Below, one piece after another: positions 38,491 to 48,240 of a stretch of 64,000 nucleotides of DNA. Every line of letters begins with the position of its first letter. Positions within the stretch are counted from its first letter, which is position 1. Origin of the DNA: Winogradskyella sp. (GTDB taxonomy: Bacteria > Bacteroidota > Bacteroidia > Flavobacteriales > Flavobacteriaceae); assembly GCF_045105575.1 (NCBI RefSeq), contig NZ_JBGCDQ010000028.1, positions 1,744-65,743 on the forward strand, in the 5' to 3' direction. The position numbers and the translations under genes were made by a program. Under the pieces are notes generated by a model, which was not told the DNA's origin, did no database searches, and was given only the letters and a program-made list of their open reading frames with translations.

Positions 38491-39927
38491 TTAGAAGATC
38501 AGTGGAATAAAAAATTGAAATAGAAGTATGAGCAATGCTACAGAAATTAGATTTAATATAATACCAATGCGAGCCATTTGATGCACTTTAACAAATCCAC
38601 TGGCAAAAACTATGGCATTAGGTGGAGTGGCCATTGGGAGCATAAAAGCACAGCTACTGGCCATAGTTACTGGTATTAGTAAATATAGAATAGGAATTTC
38701 GAGTCCAATCGCAATTCCTGCAACTACTGGAATTAATACCGCTGTTAGAGCCACATTACTCATCAGTTCTGTCATAAATAACATAAGTAGAATTAGTAGT
38801 GATGCTGTAAGTATTATACTAATCTTAGCGTTTGATATTCCGTTGGCAACTACATCTACAATACCAGAAGAAGACATGCCTTTAGCAAGTGCCAAACCGC
38901 CGCCAAATAAAATTAAGATTCCCCAAGCTAATTTTTGCGTGTCTTTCCATTCTAATATAAAATCTCCCTTCTTTAAATTATAAGGAATTGCAAATAATGC
39001 TATGGCTCCGAAAATACTAATCATTGTGTCTGATAAGCCTAAACTCGGAACTAAAGAATTTATGACTGTTCTAAAAATCCAAAGAGAAACTATAATGGTA
39101 AATGTATAAAGTACTTGCTTTTCTTTGCCAGACATGTTGCCGAGTTTATGTAATTCGTTGCTTATGACATCTTTTGAAGCCTTAAATGCAATACCTTTAT
39201 TTGGGAATAGTTTTATCAATACAAAATAAATTATGGCAATTAGAGTTGTTGAAAAAGGAAGACCTACTAACATCCATTTTAAAAAAGATATCTCAGTATT
39301 ATATTCATTTTCTAATAAACCAATAAGTACAGAATTAGGTGGAGTTCCAATCACTGTGGCAATACCTCCAGCGTTTGCAGCAAAGGCAATACCTAGCATT
39401 ACGCTTAATGCAAAATTTTGATCTTGTTTACTGAATCCATCCGTATCATTAATTAATAGATTGATAACTGATATGGCAATGGGCAACATTACAACTGTAC
39501 TTGCTGTATTGCTAATCCACATACTCATAAATCCTGTGGCAATCATAAATCCAAGAATAACTTTGTTTGGTGAAGTGCCTGTCCAGTTAATTATGGTTAA
39601 TGCAATCCGTTTATGAAGATTAACTTTTTCTAAGGCTAAAGCCAACACAAACCCACCGAAAAACAGAAATATAATAGGACTACCATAATTGGCGCCAACA
39701 TCGGCAATAGGCATTATTTTAAAAAGAGGAAATAATAGTAAAGGTAATAATGCAGTAACAGAAATGGATACCGCTTCAGTAATCCACCAAATAATCATCC
39801 ATAATGCGATAGCTATTACTGCATCTGCTTTTACTGATATCAGTTCAATTGGTAGTATTTTAAGTATAATAAATAGCGCAGGTGCTAATATTAAGCCGAT
39901 GCGTTTGGTTAGTGAATTATTTTTCAT
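38491..39927 (-). CDS. SLC13/DASS family anion:Na+ symporter
   Basis: WISNTAST, IGTPPN, WGILILFGGGLAL, ELMSN, FMLPMATPPN. Confidence 0.92.
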   Translation of the reverse strand: MKNNSLTKRIGLILAPALFIILKILPIELISVKADAVIAIALWMIIWWITEAVSISVTALLPLLLFPLFKIMPIADVGANYGSPIIFLFFGGFVLALALEKVNLHKRIALTIINWTGTSPNKVILGFMIATGFMSMWISNTASTVVMLPIAISVINLLINDTDGFSKQDQNFALSVMLGIAFAANAGGIATVIGTPPNSVLIGLLENEYNTEISFLKWMLVGLPFSTTLIAIIYFVLIKLFPNKGIAFKASKDVISNELHKLGNMSGKEKQVLYTFTIIVSLWIFRTVINSLVPSLGLSDTMISIFGAIALFAIPYNLKKGDFILEWKDTQKLAWGILILFGGGLALAKGMSSSGIVDVVANGISNAKISIILTASLLILLMLFMTELMSNVALTAVLIPVVAGIAIGLEIPILYLLIPVTMASSCAFMLPMATPPNAIVFASGFVKVHQMARIGIILNLISVALLILLFQFFIPLIF

Positions 39928-39983
39928 GTTAGGTAAAAATAGATATTAAATACGAACTTTAAATATTTGCCGTTTTAATACTT

Positions 39984-40850
39984 ATGAAGAAGGGACTACT
40001 GATCGTATTTTTATTATTAGCGTTAGGCTTATTAGCATTTCAATTGCAACCAGTTAAAAAAGCGGTTGACACTGTTACGGCCATAATTGAAACTCCAAAT
40101 TTAATTAATAAGGATAGTTTAACGATAGAATCTCGAGTTAACATTCCAGTAGGTTATAAAAGAGTTGATTATCCTAAAGGAAGTTTTGAAAATTATATTA
40201 GACGATATAAGCTTAAACCCTTTGGAAGTAAAATTATTAATTACGATGATTCTGAATATTTTTGGCAAGGAGGTCATATCGGTATTTTAGATATTCCTGT
40301 TCCAAAAAACGGCTTACAACAATGTGCAGATGCCTTAATTAGAATTAGGAGCGAATACCTTTGGGATACTAACAGAAAGGATGAAATAGGTTTTAAATTC
40401 ACCTCTGGACATTATTGCTCTTGGACTAAATATGCTGAAGGCTACCGACCTAAAATTAATGGTAATAAAGTGTCGTTTCATAAAACAGCTTTGGCAAATG
40501 GGTCTAAAGAAAATTTCTATAAATACCTGAATCTTATTTATATGTATTCAGGAACGTTATCACTTTATAATGAATTAGACGCGATTAAAGCCGAAGATTT
40601 AAAAATAGGCGATATGTTGATTAAAGGAGGTTCGCCAGGTCATATTGTAATGTTGGCGGATGAAGTTGTAAATGACAATGGTGAAAAACTGTTTTTATTG
40701 TTTCAGGGAAATACTCCAGCTCAAAGTGTGCATTTAGTGAAAAATCTCGAAGATTCAGATATTTCTCCTTGGTATCATTTAGAAGATGATGCTACAATTC
40801 CTGTTTCTAATTATACGTTTAGTAGTGCTAAGTTTGTGCGTTTTAAATAA
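39984..40850 (+). CDS. DUF4846-type exported protein
   Basis: N-terminal anchor; LQQCADALIRIRSEY, GGSPGHIV, QGNTPAQS. Confidence 0.75.
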   Translation: MKKGLLIVFLLLALGLLAFQLQPVKKAVDTVTAIIETPNLINKDSLTIESRVNIPVGYKRVDYPKGSFENYIRRYKLKPFGSKIINYDDSEYFWQGGHIGILDIPVPKNGLQQCADALIRIRSEYLWDTNRKDEIGFKFTSGHYCSWTKYAEGYRPKINGNKVSFHKTALANGSKENFYKYLNLIYMYSGTLSLYNELDAIKAEDLKIGDMLIKGGSPGHIVMLADEVVNDNGEKLFLLFQGNTPAQSVHLVKNLEDSDISPWYHLEDDATIPVSNYTFSSAKFVRFK

Positions 40851-40904
40851 GTTTCTCTTTGCTAAAAGACTAATTCAACAAAGAGAAACTTAATTGCTTA
40901 TCAT

Positions 40905-41618
40905 CTAATCGCTACCAAAAGTAATTGTAAGTTGTGCGGTACCTGATACATTCATTAAATCGTTTAAGAATATATCATAGTCTGGATGTGTAGTGTTTAT
41001 ACCGCCAGGTAATTCCCAAACTCTATAACCATTTGCTTCTTCATCAAAATAGGTAAAGGAAGGCTGAGATTCATTGGTCCAAGTAGATTCCTTGTTTTGA
41101 GAATATGAATAGCCAGCATAAACGATTTCATCAATTTGTAATTGATATAAGGTCGCATTTTCTTCAAATGGTATTAAAAAACCCATACGCCATTCCATTC
41201 TTGTACCATTACCCTCAGGATAACTGTCATGAAGCCAATAAACTGCATTTATTGTTTCAATAGTTACTTCTGGTTCCGTTACAAAAAAGAAACCAGCTTC
41301 AGATGTGCCGCCTCTACCATCATCTGCAATTATATATCCATCATAGCTCGTTTCAGGTTCTAATCCTGTAAAATTATAAGACAGGGTAGTGCCTCCTGTA
41401 GAAATAAGTTGGTCATTTAAATAAATAGAATACGTAATTGGGTCGTCATCAATATCTATAGCTTCTGTCCATTCAATATTAGCACCATCCATTCTGGTTT
41501 CGAGAATAGTGACTGAAAATGGTCCAGGTATAGTTTCATTTGGGTTATTACCATCATCTTCCGAAGAACAATTTACTAAGAAAAATGATAATACAAATAG
41601 ATAGGCATAATGTTTCAT
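40905..41618 (-). CDS. Fibronectin type III-like surface lipoprotein
   Basis: LVN-C followed by SSEDD; FN3 signature FTGLEPETSY. Confidence 0.75.
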   Translation of the reverse strand: MKHYAYLFVLSFFLVNCSSEDDGNNPNETIPGPFSVTILETRMDGANIEWTEAIDIDDDPITYSIYLNDQLISTGGTTLSYNFTGLEPETSYDGYIIADDGRGGTSEAGFFFVTEPEVTIETINAVYWLHDSYPEGNGTRMEWRMGFLIPFEENATLYQLQIDEIVYAGYSYSQNKESTWTNESQPSFTYFDEEANGYRVWELPGGINTTHPDYDIFLNDLMNVSGTAQLTITFGSD

Positions 41619-41646
41619 GTGTTTTGTTTTATTGGTTATTTAACAA

Positions 41647-41676
41647 TACATCGCGCAAAAACAATTATGTCATCAT
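41647..41676 (-). promoter_or_regulatory. Putative ECF promoter ATGATGACAT-N13-CGATGTA
   Basis: 28 nt upstream of ATG 41618; the same motif and spacing occur at 49022-49051. Confidence 0.6.
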
Positions 41677-41680
41677 GTTT

Positions 41681-44600
41681 TTAGGGTAAATTATATTTTT
41701 TACGTTTTTTTCTTAAGACTATAACGACTATAATTAATAGTACTAATGCAATTGCTAACCAGATCACCATATGAGAACTCGTTTTTAAGTGAATAGCATT
41801 AGTATCGCCAATAAGTACTAAACCTGCCCAATATTGAGGTGCTATGGTTCTGCCTTTAGCATTGGATATATAGTCCAATTTTGCTTTTTGTAAAGCTTCA
41901 TTTTTTGGTAATCCTTCTTTAAGATACCTGTAAAAATGTTCTATTATTTTGGCACTAGACTGCTCATCAATTTTCCATAAGCTTGTTAGTATGCTTTCAC
42001 TACCAGCATAATTAAAAGCATGTGCTAGAGAAATCATCCCTTCACCTGACTGATGCGTTGGTTTCCCAGTCTCGCAGGCTGTTAAAATGGCAAGATTTGA
42101 GGATAGATTCTGATTGTATATTTCGTAAGTATAAAGTGAATTGTCTTCATCTGAAACGTTTTTAGCAAATATAAGTCGCGATAATTCTGGTGATACATTA
42201 TTAGATTCTGCATGTGTGCCAATATGAATTATTTTATGCTCTTTGGCTCGTTCTGTAAATATTTGCTTAGATGCCTTTTCGTTTAAAAAAGAGGTTCCTT
42301 TAAATAATTTTGAATATTCCTTAGCTAAGTCCGCTGTAAATGGTTGTGGTAGTAGTTTTAAATATGTTCTATCGATGTTTATAGAATCTGTAATTGTAAC
42401 CATATAGTTTGCTTTCATTTCGCTATTAAACTCTGGGGCGAAGGCTATAAAATCGTTACTATAATCAATCGTTTTTTTGCTTTCATCGAGTAATAGCAAA
42501 CTATAATTATAAGAAATATTGTATTTAGCCAATAAGCTATTTTTGGCAAGGCCTTTGAATGTATTTATTTTGGTAGGTGTTAAGATTTCAAAACTTAAAT
42601 TGAACAATTCACCGTCTGGGAAAATAATGATATTTTTTGTTTTTATGTCACTTTCAAAATCTTGCCATAATGCTTTGTATAACTTATGATATAGCTCGCT
42701 CATTTTTGTAATATCATATTGATTTTTCCCAAGCGCATTGATGTTATTCTTTAAGTTTTTAGACTCTAGTTTAAATAATTTTTTTTCTTTTTTACCGGCA
42801 ATAAAAGCGTAAAGATTTTCTTCAATAAACAGATATCGAACTAATGTTGTGTTGTTAGGAATATTGTTTTGTAAATCAGTTAAAGGTTCTTCAATTGTAG
42901 CATAACGCATTTTGTAATATTTTGGATAACTCTGTTTTAAGGAATCTTTAAAAGACTTCCAAAGTTCTTGTGCATTAAAAAAGGTGTTAATATCATTTGA
43001 CTTGTTTAATGCTGCATACAAAGATGTTTTTAATTCTTTTTCTCTTTCAATAATGTTGCTAGGAATATCTGAAAAAGCGATGTTATTGCGTATGTTTAAA
43101 TGAGAACGAATACGATTATATATGCCAGACTCATGCATGGAAAGTATATCATTGAGATAGGTTTCATCGTTGGTTAATTCGTATAAATCTAAACAGAGTT
43201 GCTTTGCTATGTTGAATAAATCATTGTTGTCCTCGATAAGCGCAGAGATATCTTCTGATGCATTTACTACAGTTTTTCTTTGTTCTAAGATTTTTATTCC
43301 TTTTTTAATTTGCTTTAATAGGAATTGAAGAGAATCTACGTTTTTAGTTGTACTTAACTGGTATCTAGATTTTGCATTGATGTGCAAGGCTCTAGGTTTG
43401 TTCATTTCATTTTGAATAGAGTCTAAAGCATTATTCATTTTTAAATTAAATGACAGTGCTTCATTACTGTATTTTAGTGCTTCAGTATAGTTTTTTGATT
43501 TATAATGAACAAGCGCTAAGTTTTCTGTATGTTTAAATTTGCTTATTAAATTTTTAAAAGTAGCTTGTTTTGTATGATAATAACTTTCCTCAGCTAATTG
43601 TATCGCTTTTTCATTCATGCCATTTTGAGCATAAAATTGTGACATTTTTACAATAGCTTCTAAAAAATTAAAGGAGTAATTATTTTTATCTTTTTCCCTG
43701 TAAAGTGCTTCACTTTTCTTGTAGATTTTCTCTGCATTTTTAAAATCGTTTACGCTTTCGTAGATAGAAGCTCTTAATAGTAAGGCGTAATCTTGATAAT
43801 AAGGCGTATTTTCTATTGATTTTAACCCTAAATCTATATAGTAGCCAGCTTCCTCATAATTTTTGGCAACAAGATGTATGTGTCCTAAAATTAGGGCTGA
43901 TAAAATAACGTTTGGATCTTCGTTACTCATGGTTTTACGCTTTTGATCATAGGAGTAAGTAGCGACTTCAATAGCACTTTTGTTATCTCCAATACCTGAA
44001 TAAAAACCTGCTAGATTATCTATAGTTCCTAAACGAAATCGTGCAGCTCTTGTTTTTTTAGATTCATTTTCTGCAACGTTTACATAGCTTTGATAATCGG
44101 TGATTGCATTTTTCATGATGGTTATAGATTCTTCAATTTTTCCAGAATTAAATGAATTTAGACCTATGTTTTGTTTTACAATGGCTGCTCTGTAATATGC
44201 ATTCATTGGAGAATCTTCCATTTTTTGCAGAGCTTTAAGTGATTTGTTGTAGTAATAGTTTGAACTGTCTAGTTCTAACAAACTCGCTTTGATTCGTCCA
44301 ATAGAATTATAAGTAAGGTAAAATTGTTCAGCTTCAATATTTGGGTTGGCCTCAAGTATACTTTTTGATTTGTATAAATGTTTTTTAGCGAGTTCTAAAT
44401 CACTCAAATTAATTGCACAGGTTCCTAAATTGTATTCTATTTGTGCAATGTCCTTTTGAGCTAAAGGAAGTATTCTGTTTGCATAACTTAATGCTTCTTG
44501 GTTTAATTTATAATTTTTTTCAAATAATCTAGCTGTTGCATATAAATTTGCTAATTCTATCAAAGCATTTTTTGTTGTTTTTGGATGATTCGATTTTTTT

Positions 44601-44905
44601 ATAAACTCAACTAAATCTTCTGTTCTTTTAACGGCTTTATTTAGGTCATTGTTTGCTAGTTTTAAGCTACTAGTTATGGCTAAATATTTAACTAAAGAAT
44701 CGTATTGCTTTTCTGTTTTATAAGTTTTTATCTGCTTAGCTAGTATCAACTCAGCTTGTGTTATAGAGTCTTGATCAATGAGTGTATTAATCCTTTTGAA
44801 ATGAGAAGTTTGGTCATTCTGAGAATGAGCTCTATGTTGAGAGCTCAATAGAACAAAAAACAGCATAGTTATCCTAATACAATTATTAAATCGTTTCATA
44901 ATCAA
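41681..44905 (-). CDS. TPR + CHAT (caspase-like) protease with signal peptide and C-terminal TM anchor
   Basis: CHAT motifs IFPDGELFNLSFE, IHIGTHA (His), LTACETG (Cys), SLWKIDE, WAGLVLIG; TPR helices; C-terminal VIWLAIALVLLIIVVIVL-RKKRKK. Confidence 0.88.
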   Translation of the reverse strand: MIMKRFNNCIRITMLFFVLLSSQHRAHSQNDQTSHFKRINTLIDQDSITQAELILAKQIKTYKTEKQYDSLVKYLAITSSLKLANNDLNKAVKRTEDLVEFIKKSNHPKTTKNALIELANLYATARLFEKNYKLNQEALSYANRILPLAQKDIAQIEYNLGTCAINLSDLELAKKHLYKSKSILEANPNIEAEQFYLTYNSIGRIKASLLELDSSNYYYNKSLKALQKMEDSPMNAYYRAAIVKQNIGLNSFNSGKIEESITIMKNAITDYQSYVNVAENESKKTRAARFRLGTIDNLAGFYSGIGDNKSAIEVATYSYDQKRKTMSNEDPNVILSALILGHIHLVAKNYEEAGYYIDLGLKSIENTPYYQDYALLLRASIYESVNDFKNAEKIYKKSEALYREKDKNNYSFNFLEAIVKMSQFYAQNGMNEKAIQLAEESYYHTKQATFKNLISKFKHTENLALVHYKSKNYTEALKYSNEALSFNLKMNNALDSIQNEMNKPRALHINAKSRYQLSTTKNVDSLQFLLKQIKKGIKILEQRKTVVNASEDISALIEDNNDLFNIAKQLCLDLYELTNDETYLNDILSMHESGIYNRIRSHLNIRNNIAFSDIPSNIIEREKELKTSLYAALNKSNDINTFFNAQELWKSFKDSLKQSYPKYYKMRYATIEEPLTDLQNNIPNNTTLVRYLFIEENLYAFIAGKKEKKLFKLESKNLKNNINALGKNQYDITKMSELYHKLYKALWQDFESDIKTKNIIIFPDGELFNLSFEILTPTKINTFKGLAKNSLLAKYNISYNYSLLLLDESKKTIDYSNDFIAFAPEFNSEMKANYMVTITDSINIDRTYLKLLPQPFTADLAKEYSKLFKGTSFLNEKASKQIFTERAKEHKIIHIGTHAESNNVSPELSRLIFAKNVSDEDNSLYTYEIYNQNLSSNLAILTACETGKPTHQSGEGMISLAHAFNYAGSESILTSLWKIDEQSSAKIIEHFYRYLKEGLPKNEALQKAKLDYISNAKGRTIAPQYWAGLVLIGDTNAIHLKTSSHMVIWLAIALVLLIIVVIVLRKKRKKYNLP

Positions 44906-44921
44906 TTGGTTAGTGAGAAAG

Positions 44922-45662
44922 TTAATCGTTCAGTTTAGATAGGAGGACTTTACTGTTATCGATAGTTGAATTTTGTAAATTAGCTTTCGCTTTTTCTATA
45001 TTTCCTTCTTTTAAATACGCTAAACCTAAATAGTAATAGGCGTCATTAGCTAAAGGGAAATTAGAATTTTTAATAGACTTTTCTAAAAAGGAAATAGCAT
45101 CTCCTTCTTTCTTATTTGCAAGATAAGCGACACCAATAAAGTAATTTAATGTATCATTATTTGGTTTTGACTTTTGTAATGTTTCCCACTTAGAAATCGC
45201 CGTTTTGTAATCGCCTTGTTTGTAATTAACCATAGCTTCATAAAAGTCGTAGTTATTGTTGGTACTCATGGTTGTAGGTAAACCAGGATCTGGTGTAAAG
45301 TATTTTGCATACAGGCGCTCATTAGAGTTTCCGTTTAAAAACCAAAAACTACCTGCAGCAATCACTAAAGCTGCTGCAATTAAAAGGCGTTTCCAATTTA
45401 AAGAACGGACTTTAACGGTATCAGTAATTGGTTGTGTTCTGTGTTCTATTTCTAAATCATTATGAAAAACATTTAACTGCTCTTTTAGTGCTTGCGTTTC
45501 AATACCAGATAAAACAGTTTTAATGTCTTCTACTTTAATTTTAAAGTCAGCATCATTTTTTAGTTTAGCCTCAAACTCTAACAAATGTTTAGGCTCTAGT
45601 TTGCTATTGAGATAGGCCTCAATTTTTTCAAATTCGTCTTGTGATATATCACTTAAGTCCAT
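44922..45662 (-). CDS. Putative anti-sigma factor (N-terminal helical domain, TM helix, TPR C-terminus)
   Basis: IEAYLNSKL..LEFE..L N-terminus, TM LLIAAALVIAAGSFWF, TPR-like YYLGLAYLK.GN; directly after the sigma gene. Confidence 0.7.
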   Translation of the reverse strand: MDLSDISQDEFEKIEAYLNSKLEPKHLLEFEAKLKNDADFKIKVEDIKTVLSGIETQALKEQLNVFHNDLEIEHRTQPITDTVKVRSLNWKRLLIAAALVIAAGSFWFLNGNSNERLYAKYFTPDPGLPTTMSTNNNYDFYEAMVNYKQGDYKTAISKWETLQKSKPNNDTLNYFIGVAYLANKKEGDAISFLEKSIKNSNFPLANDAYYYLGLAYLKEGNIEKAKANLQNSTIDNSKVLLSKLND

Positions 45663-45667
45663 TGTTA

Positions 45668-46249
45668 TTAATCAGTTTTTAGGGCTATTTCTTTTAATTT
45701 TTGCATACATCGGTATTTTTTATTTCGTGTAGAAGCCGAATCTAATGCTAATTCTTTGGCAATTAAATTAATTGATTTCTTTTCAAAATAAAACTTACGC
45801 AGTAAGCTTTTGCATGCATCACCCAAATTTTTAAAGGCTTGCATTACGTCTTCTAATCGTTTGTCTTTTAAAATGTCATCATCCATTCCATTGTTTTCTT
45901 CATCTTTTATTTCAAAATGGCTTAATTGAGAAGCAACGATTGTTTTTTTATAGCCTTGAGACCTTAGAACATCCATCCATTTGTTTTTAGCAATAGTGTA
46001 GAGGTATCCGTTTATGGACGACTCACTTCTTGGTACAAATTTGTTTTGCTTAATGTTTTGCCAAACGGCTAAAAAGGCATCTTGATAGATGTCTTTTGCT
46101 TGGTCTTTAGAACCATTATTTTTTAAAACCAGTATTTCAATTTTTGGGTAATTAGAGGTGTACAGATTTTTTAATACTTGCGTATTATTGTTCTGTATAG
46201 CTTCTATAAAGCCTTGATTTTTAGTTAGGATAGAACTTTTCTCTTGCAT
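45668..46249 (-). CDS. ECF-type RNA polymerase sigma factor
   Basis: Region 2 AKDIYQDAFL ... YLYTIAKNKW; region 4 C..LL..FYFEK.S...IA..L ... KKYRC. Confidence 0.88.
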   Translation of the reverse strand: MQEKSSILTKNQGFIEAIQNNNTQVLKNLYTSNYPKIEILVLKNNGSKDQAKDIYQDAFLAVWQNIKQNKFVPRSESSINGYLYTIAKNKWMDVLRSQGYKKTIVASQLSHFEIKDEENNGMDDDILKDKRLEDVMQAFKNLGDACKSLLRKFYFEKKSINLIAKELALDSASTRNKKYRCMQKLKEIALKTD

Positions 46250-46332
46250 TGAGCACTAAATATAAGAGAAACGTATGATTTATCAAACGATGAGCGATTA
46301 ATTACATATTATAATTGCTGAAATTGAAATTT

Positions 46333-46952
46333 TTAAGTTTTTTTAATCATGTTTTTTCCAGCCCAACCTGTTCCAACAATAATAAAGAGCAATCCAGACC
46401 AACGCATTAAATTAAAACCAGATGATGGATTATTCATCTTAAATTCAAACACAGATTTTCCAAATGCGTCTTTATCAATTTTAATAGTATTGGCTTCCTC
46501 TGGAAAATTAATTATATGAGTTTGTTGTAGGTTATCGCCAAATTCTGGCGGACTACTTACAAGCATATATTTATGATCTGTAAGCGCTGTAACTTGCGCA
46601 TCCTTTTCATCTGTTTCTATAATCCATTTGCCACGTTTATCTATTTTGCAAACACCATAAGCGTTAAAACTTAAGTTAAAAGACCTATTCATATCATCTT
46701 TATCGAGTTTAAAATCATCTAAAATGAATGCTGCATACCACGTTCTTTATCGCGCTTTAATGTTGAAGGATTATTATCATAATTGGTGTTCCATTCGTTC
46801 CATTGTGCCGCATTCATAGTCATTGAAATATTGATTTTAGCATTGCCAATAGCATCTAAAGTCATTTCTATCTTCTGATTAGATTATTGTGAAAAAATCA
46901 TTAATCCATTTGCAAGAATCAAAACTGTTAATAATAGTTTTAATGTTTTCAT
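46333..46952 (-). pseudogene. Degraded exported/membrane protein gene (nonsense codon plus frameshift)
   Basis: MKTLKLLLTVLILANGLMIFSQ*SNQKIEMT...; TAA at 46886-46884; a frameshift between 46746 and 46719 joins ORF 46333..46692, which ends in a TM helix. Confidence 0.7.
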
Positions 46953-47110
46953 TTTAATTTGTTTTTAGGCTATCTAATACTGTTATAAACTTGATTTATA
47001 ATTCCTGAATTTTGACTAAATATAATCTGGTGCTCCTACTGTTACAAATCTTTACTATTCTTAAGCATTCATAGTCATAGAAGTTTATTTTCAAATTGCT
47101 AACTGGGTTA

Positions 47111-48214
47111 TTAGTTATTAATTGTTGTACTATTCCAGTCTCTATTGTTATAATTTGGATCCTTATTAGGGTCATAATTTGGGTCGTTACTAGAAATATA
47201 TTGACCATCATTATTCATCCAGTAATAATTGCTACCAGCATCGACTTTATAAGATTGTCCAGAATTGCTAGTTACTGTAGTTCTTTCGAGATGTGCATCC
47301 ATAAATTTCTGATGATTTCGGTCCACCGAAGCGCTATATTGTTTTCCGCGTTCAATAATAGCCTGTCCTTCAGCACGTAAATTCGCCATTCTCTGTTGAT
47401 GTAATTTGCCACTTTGTCGGGCAAAGTTTGCATCCTTCATATAAAAATAATGCAAATATTGTGGATTGTATTTTTTGTTAGCTTGGGCATAGATAAAATC
47501 CTTTTTTGTTTGCTCAAAGTGTTTGGTATCTACGTCTATACCTTGTAAATAAAATCCCCAAGCTACTTGTTGTTGGTTATCATAAGCCGCAGAATAGTGC
47601 ACTAGAATCAAAGAAGATGTTCCTGTATTACTCTTCCATTCTGAAGCAACAACATCAATTGTTTTACTTTGTTCATAGCCAGATTTAAATTTAAACTGTT
47701 CGTAATTTTTATCATAAGCAATCAACTCTGGTACTTTATACATTTTAACTAATTCTACACCATCTTGTTTAAAAGTTGGAGCAATCATTTCCTTAATGAC
47801 TTGCTCTGGTGTTTTTACAGGCAAAACTGCATTACCAGTTTGTGCAGCGGTTTGGTTTATAAACGGATCGCTTGAGTAAGTGTACATTGCACCTTGCTCG
47901 CCAAAAAACTTAAACCCATTATTACCAGTCATTTGTGTTTGAGCATTTGGGCTTTTTGGAGTCATTTTCCAATCTGATGGCACTGGCATCTGAAACATAT
48001 CCATATTAAGTTGGTCATCTCTAAAGGTTTTAAATTGAATAGATTTTGCGGGAATTGCAGATGTTCTGCTAGTTGTGTTTGCGTTAATTGCGCCTTTAAA
48101 TTCTGAAACATTATTATAAAATTGAACAGAATTATTTGCGTGTGGTTGATTTTGGCAAGATGTAAAAAAGATGCTAAAGATGAATATAACTGATAGTGTG
48201 AGTGAATATTTCAT
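47111..48214 (-). CDS. Lipoprotein of unknown function
   Basis: FTS-C lipobox; N/D/P/Y-rich C-terminus (SNDPNYDPNKDPNYNN). Confidence 0.75.
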   Translation of the reverse strand: MKYSLTLSVIFIFSIFFTSCQNQPHANNSVQFYNNVSEFKGAINANTTSRTSAIPAKSIQFKTFRDDQLNMDMFQMPVPSDWKMTPKSPNAQTQMTGNNGFKFFGEQGAMYTYSSDPFINQTAAQTGNAVLPVKTPEQVIKEMIAPTFKQDGVELVKMYKVPELIAYDKNYEQFKFKSGYEQSKTIDVVASEWKSNTGTSSLILVHYSAAYDNQQQVAWGFYLQGIDVDTKHFEQTKKDFIYAQANKKYNPQYLHYFYMKDANFARQSGKLHQQRMANLRAEGQAIIERGKQYSASVDRNHQKFMDAHLERTTVTSNSGQSYKVDAGSNYYWMNNDGQYISSNDPNYDPNKDPNYNNRDWNSTTINN

Positions 48215-48240
48215 AATATTAGAAGTTTGTTTTTAATAAA

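Noticed and set aside
47021-47047. TGTAAC on the minus strand upstream of the 46952 pseudogene
   Set aside because: It is followed at N16 by TATA rather than CGTC, so it does not match the ECF motif
46996-47211. 71-aa minus-strand ORF overlapping the end of the 367-aa lipoprotein (possible frameshift extension)
   Set aside because: The lipoprotein ends cleanly after its repeat tail, and the alternative frame has no recognisable features or slippery site
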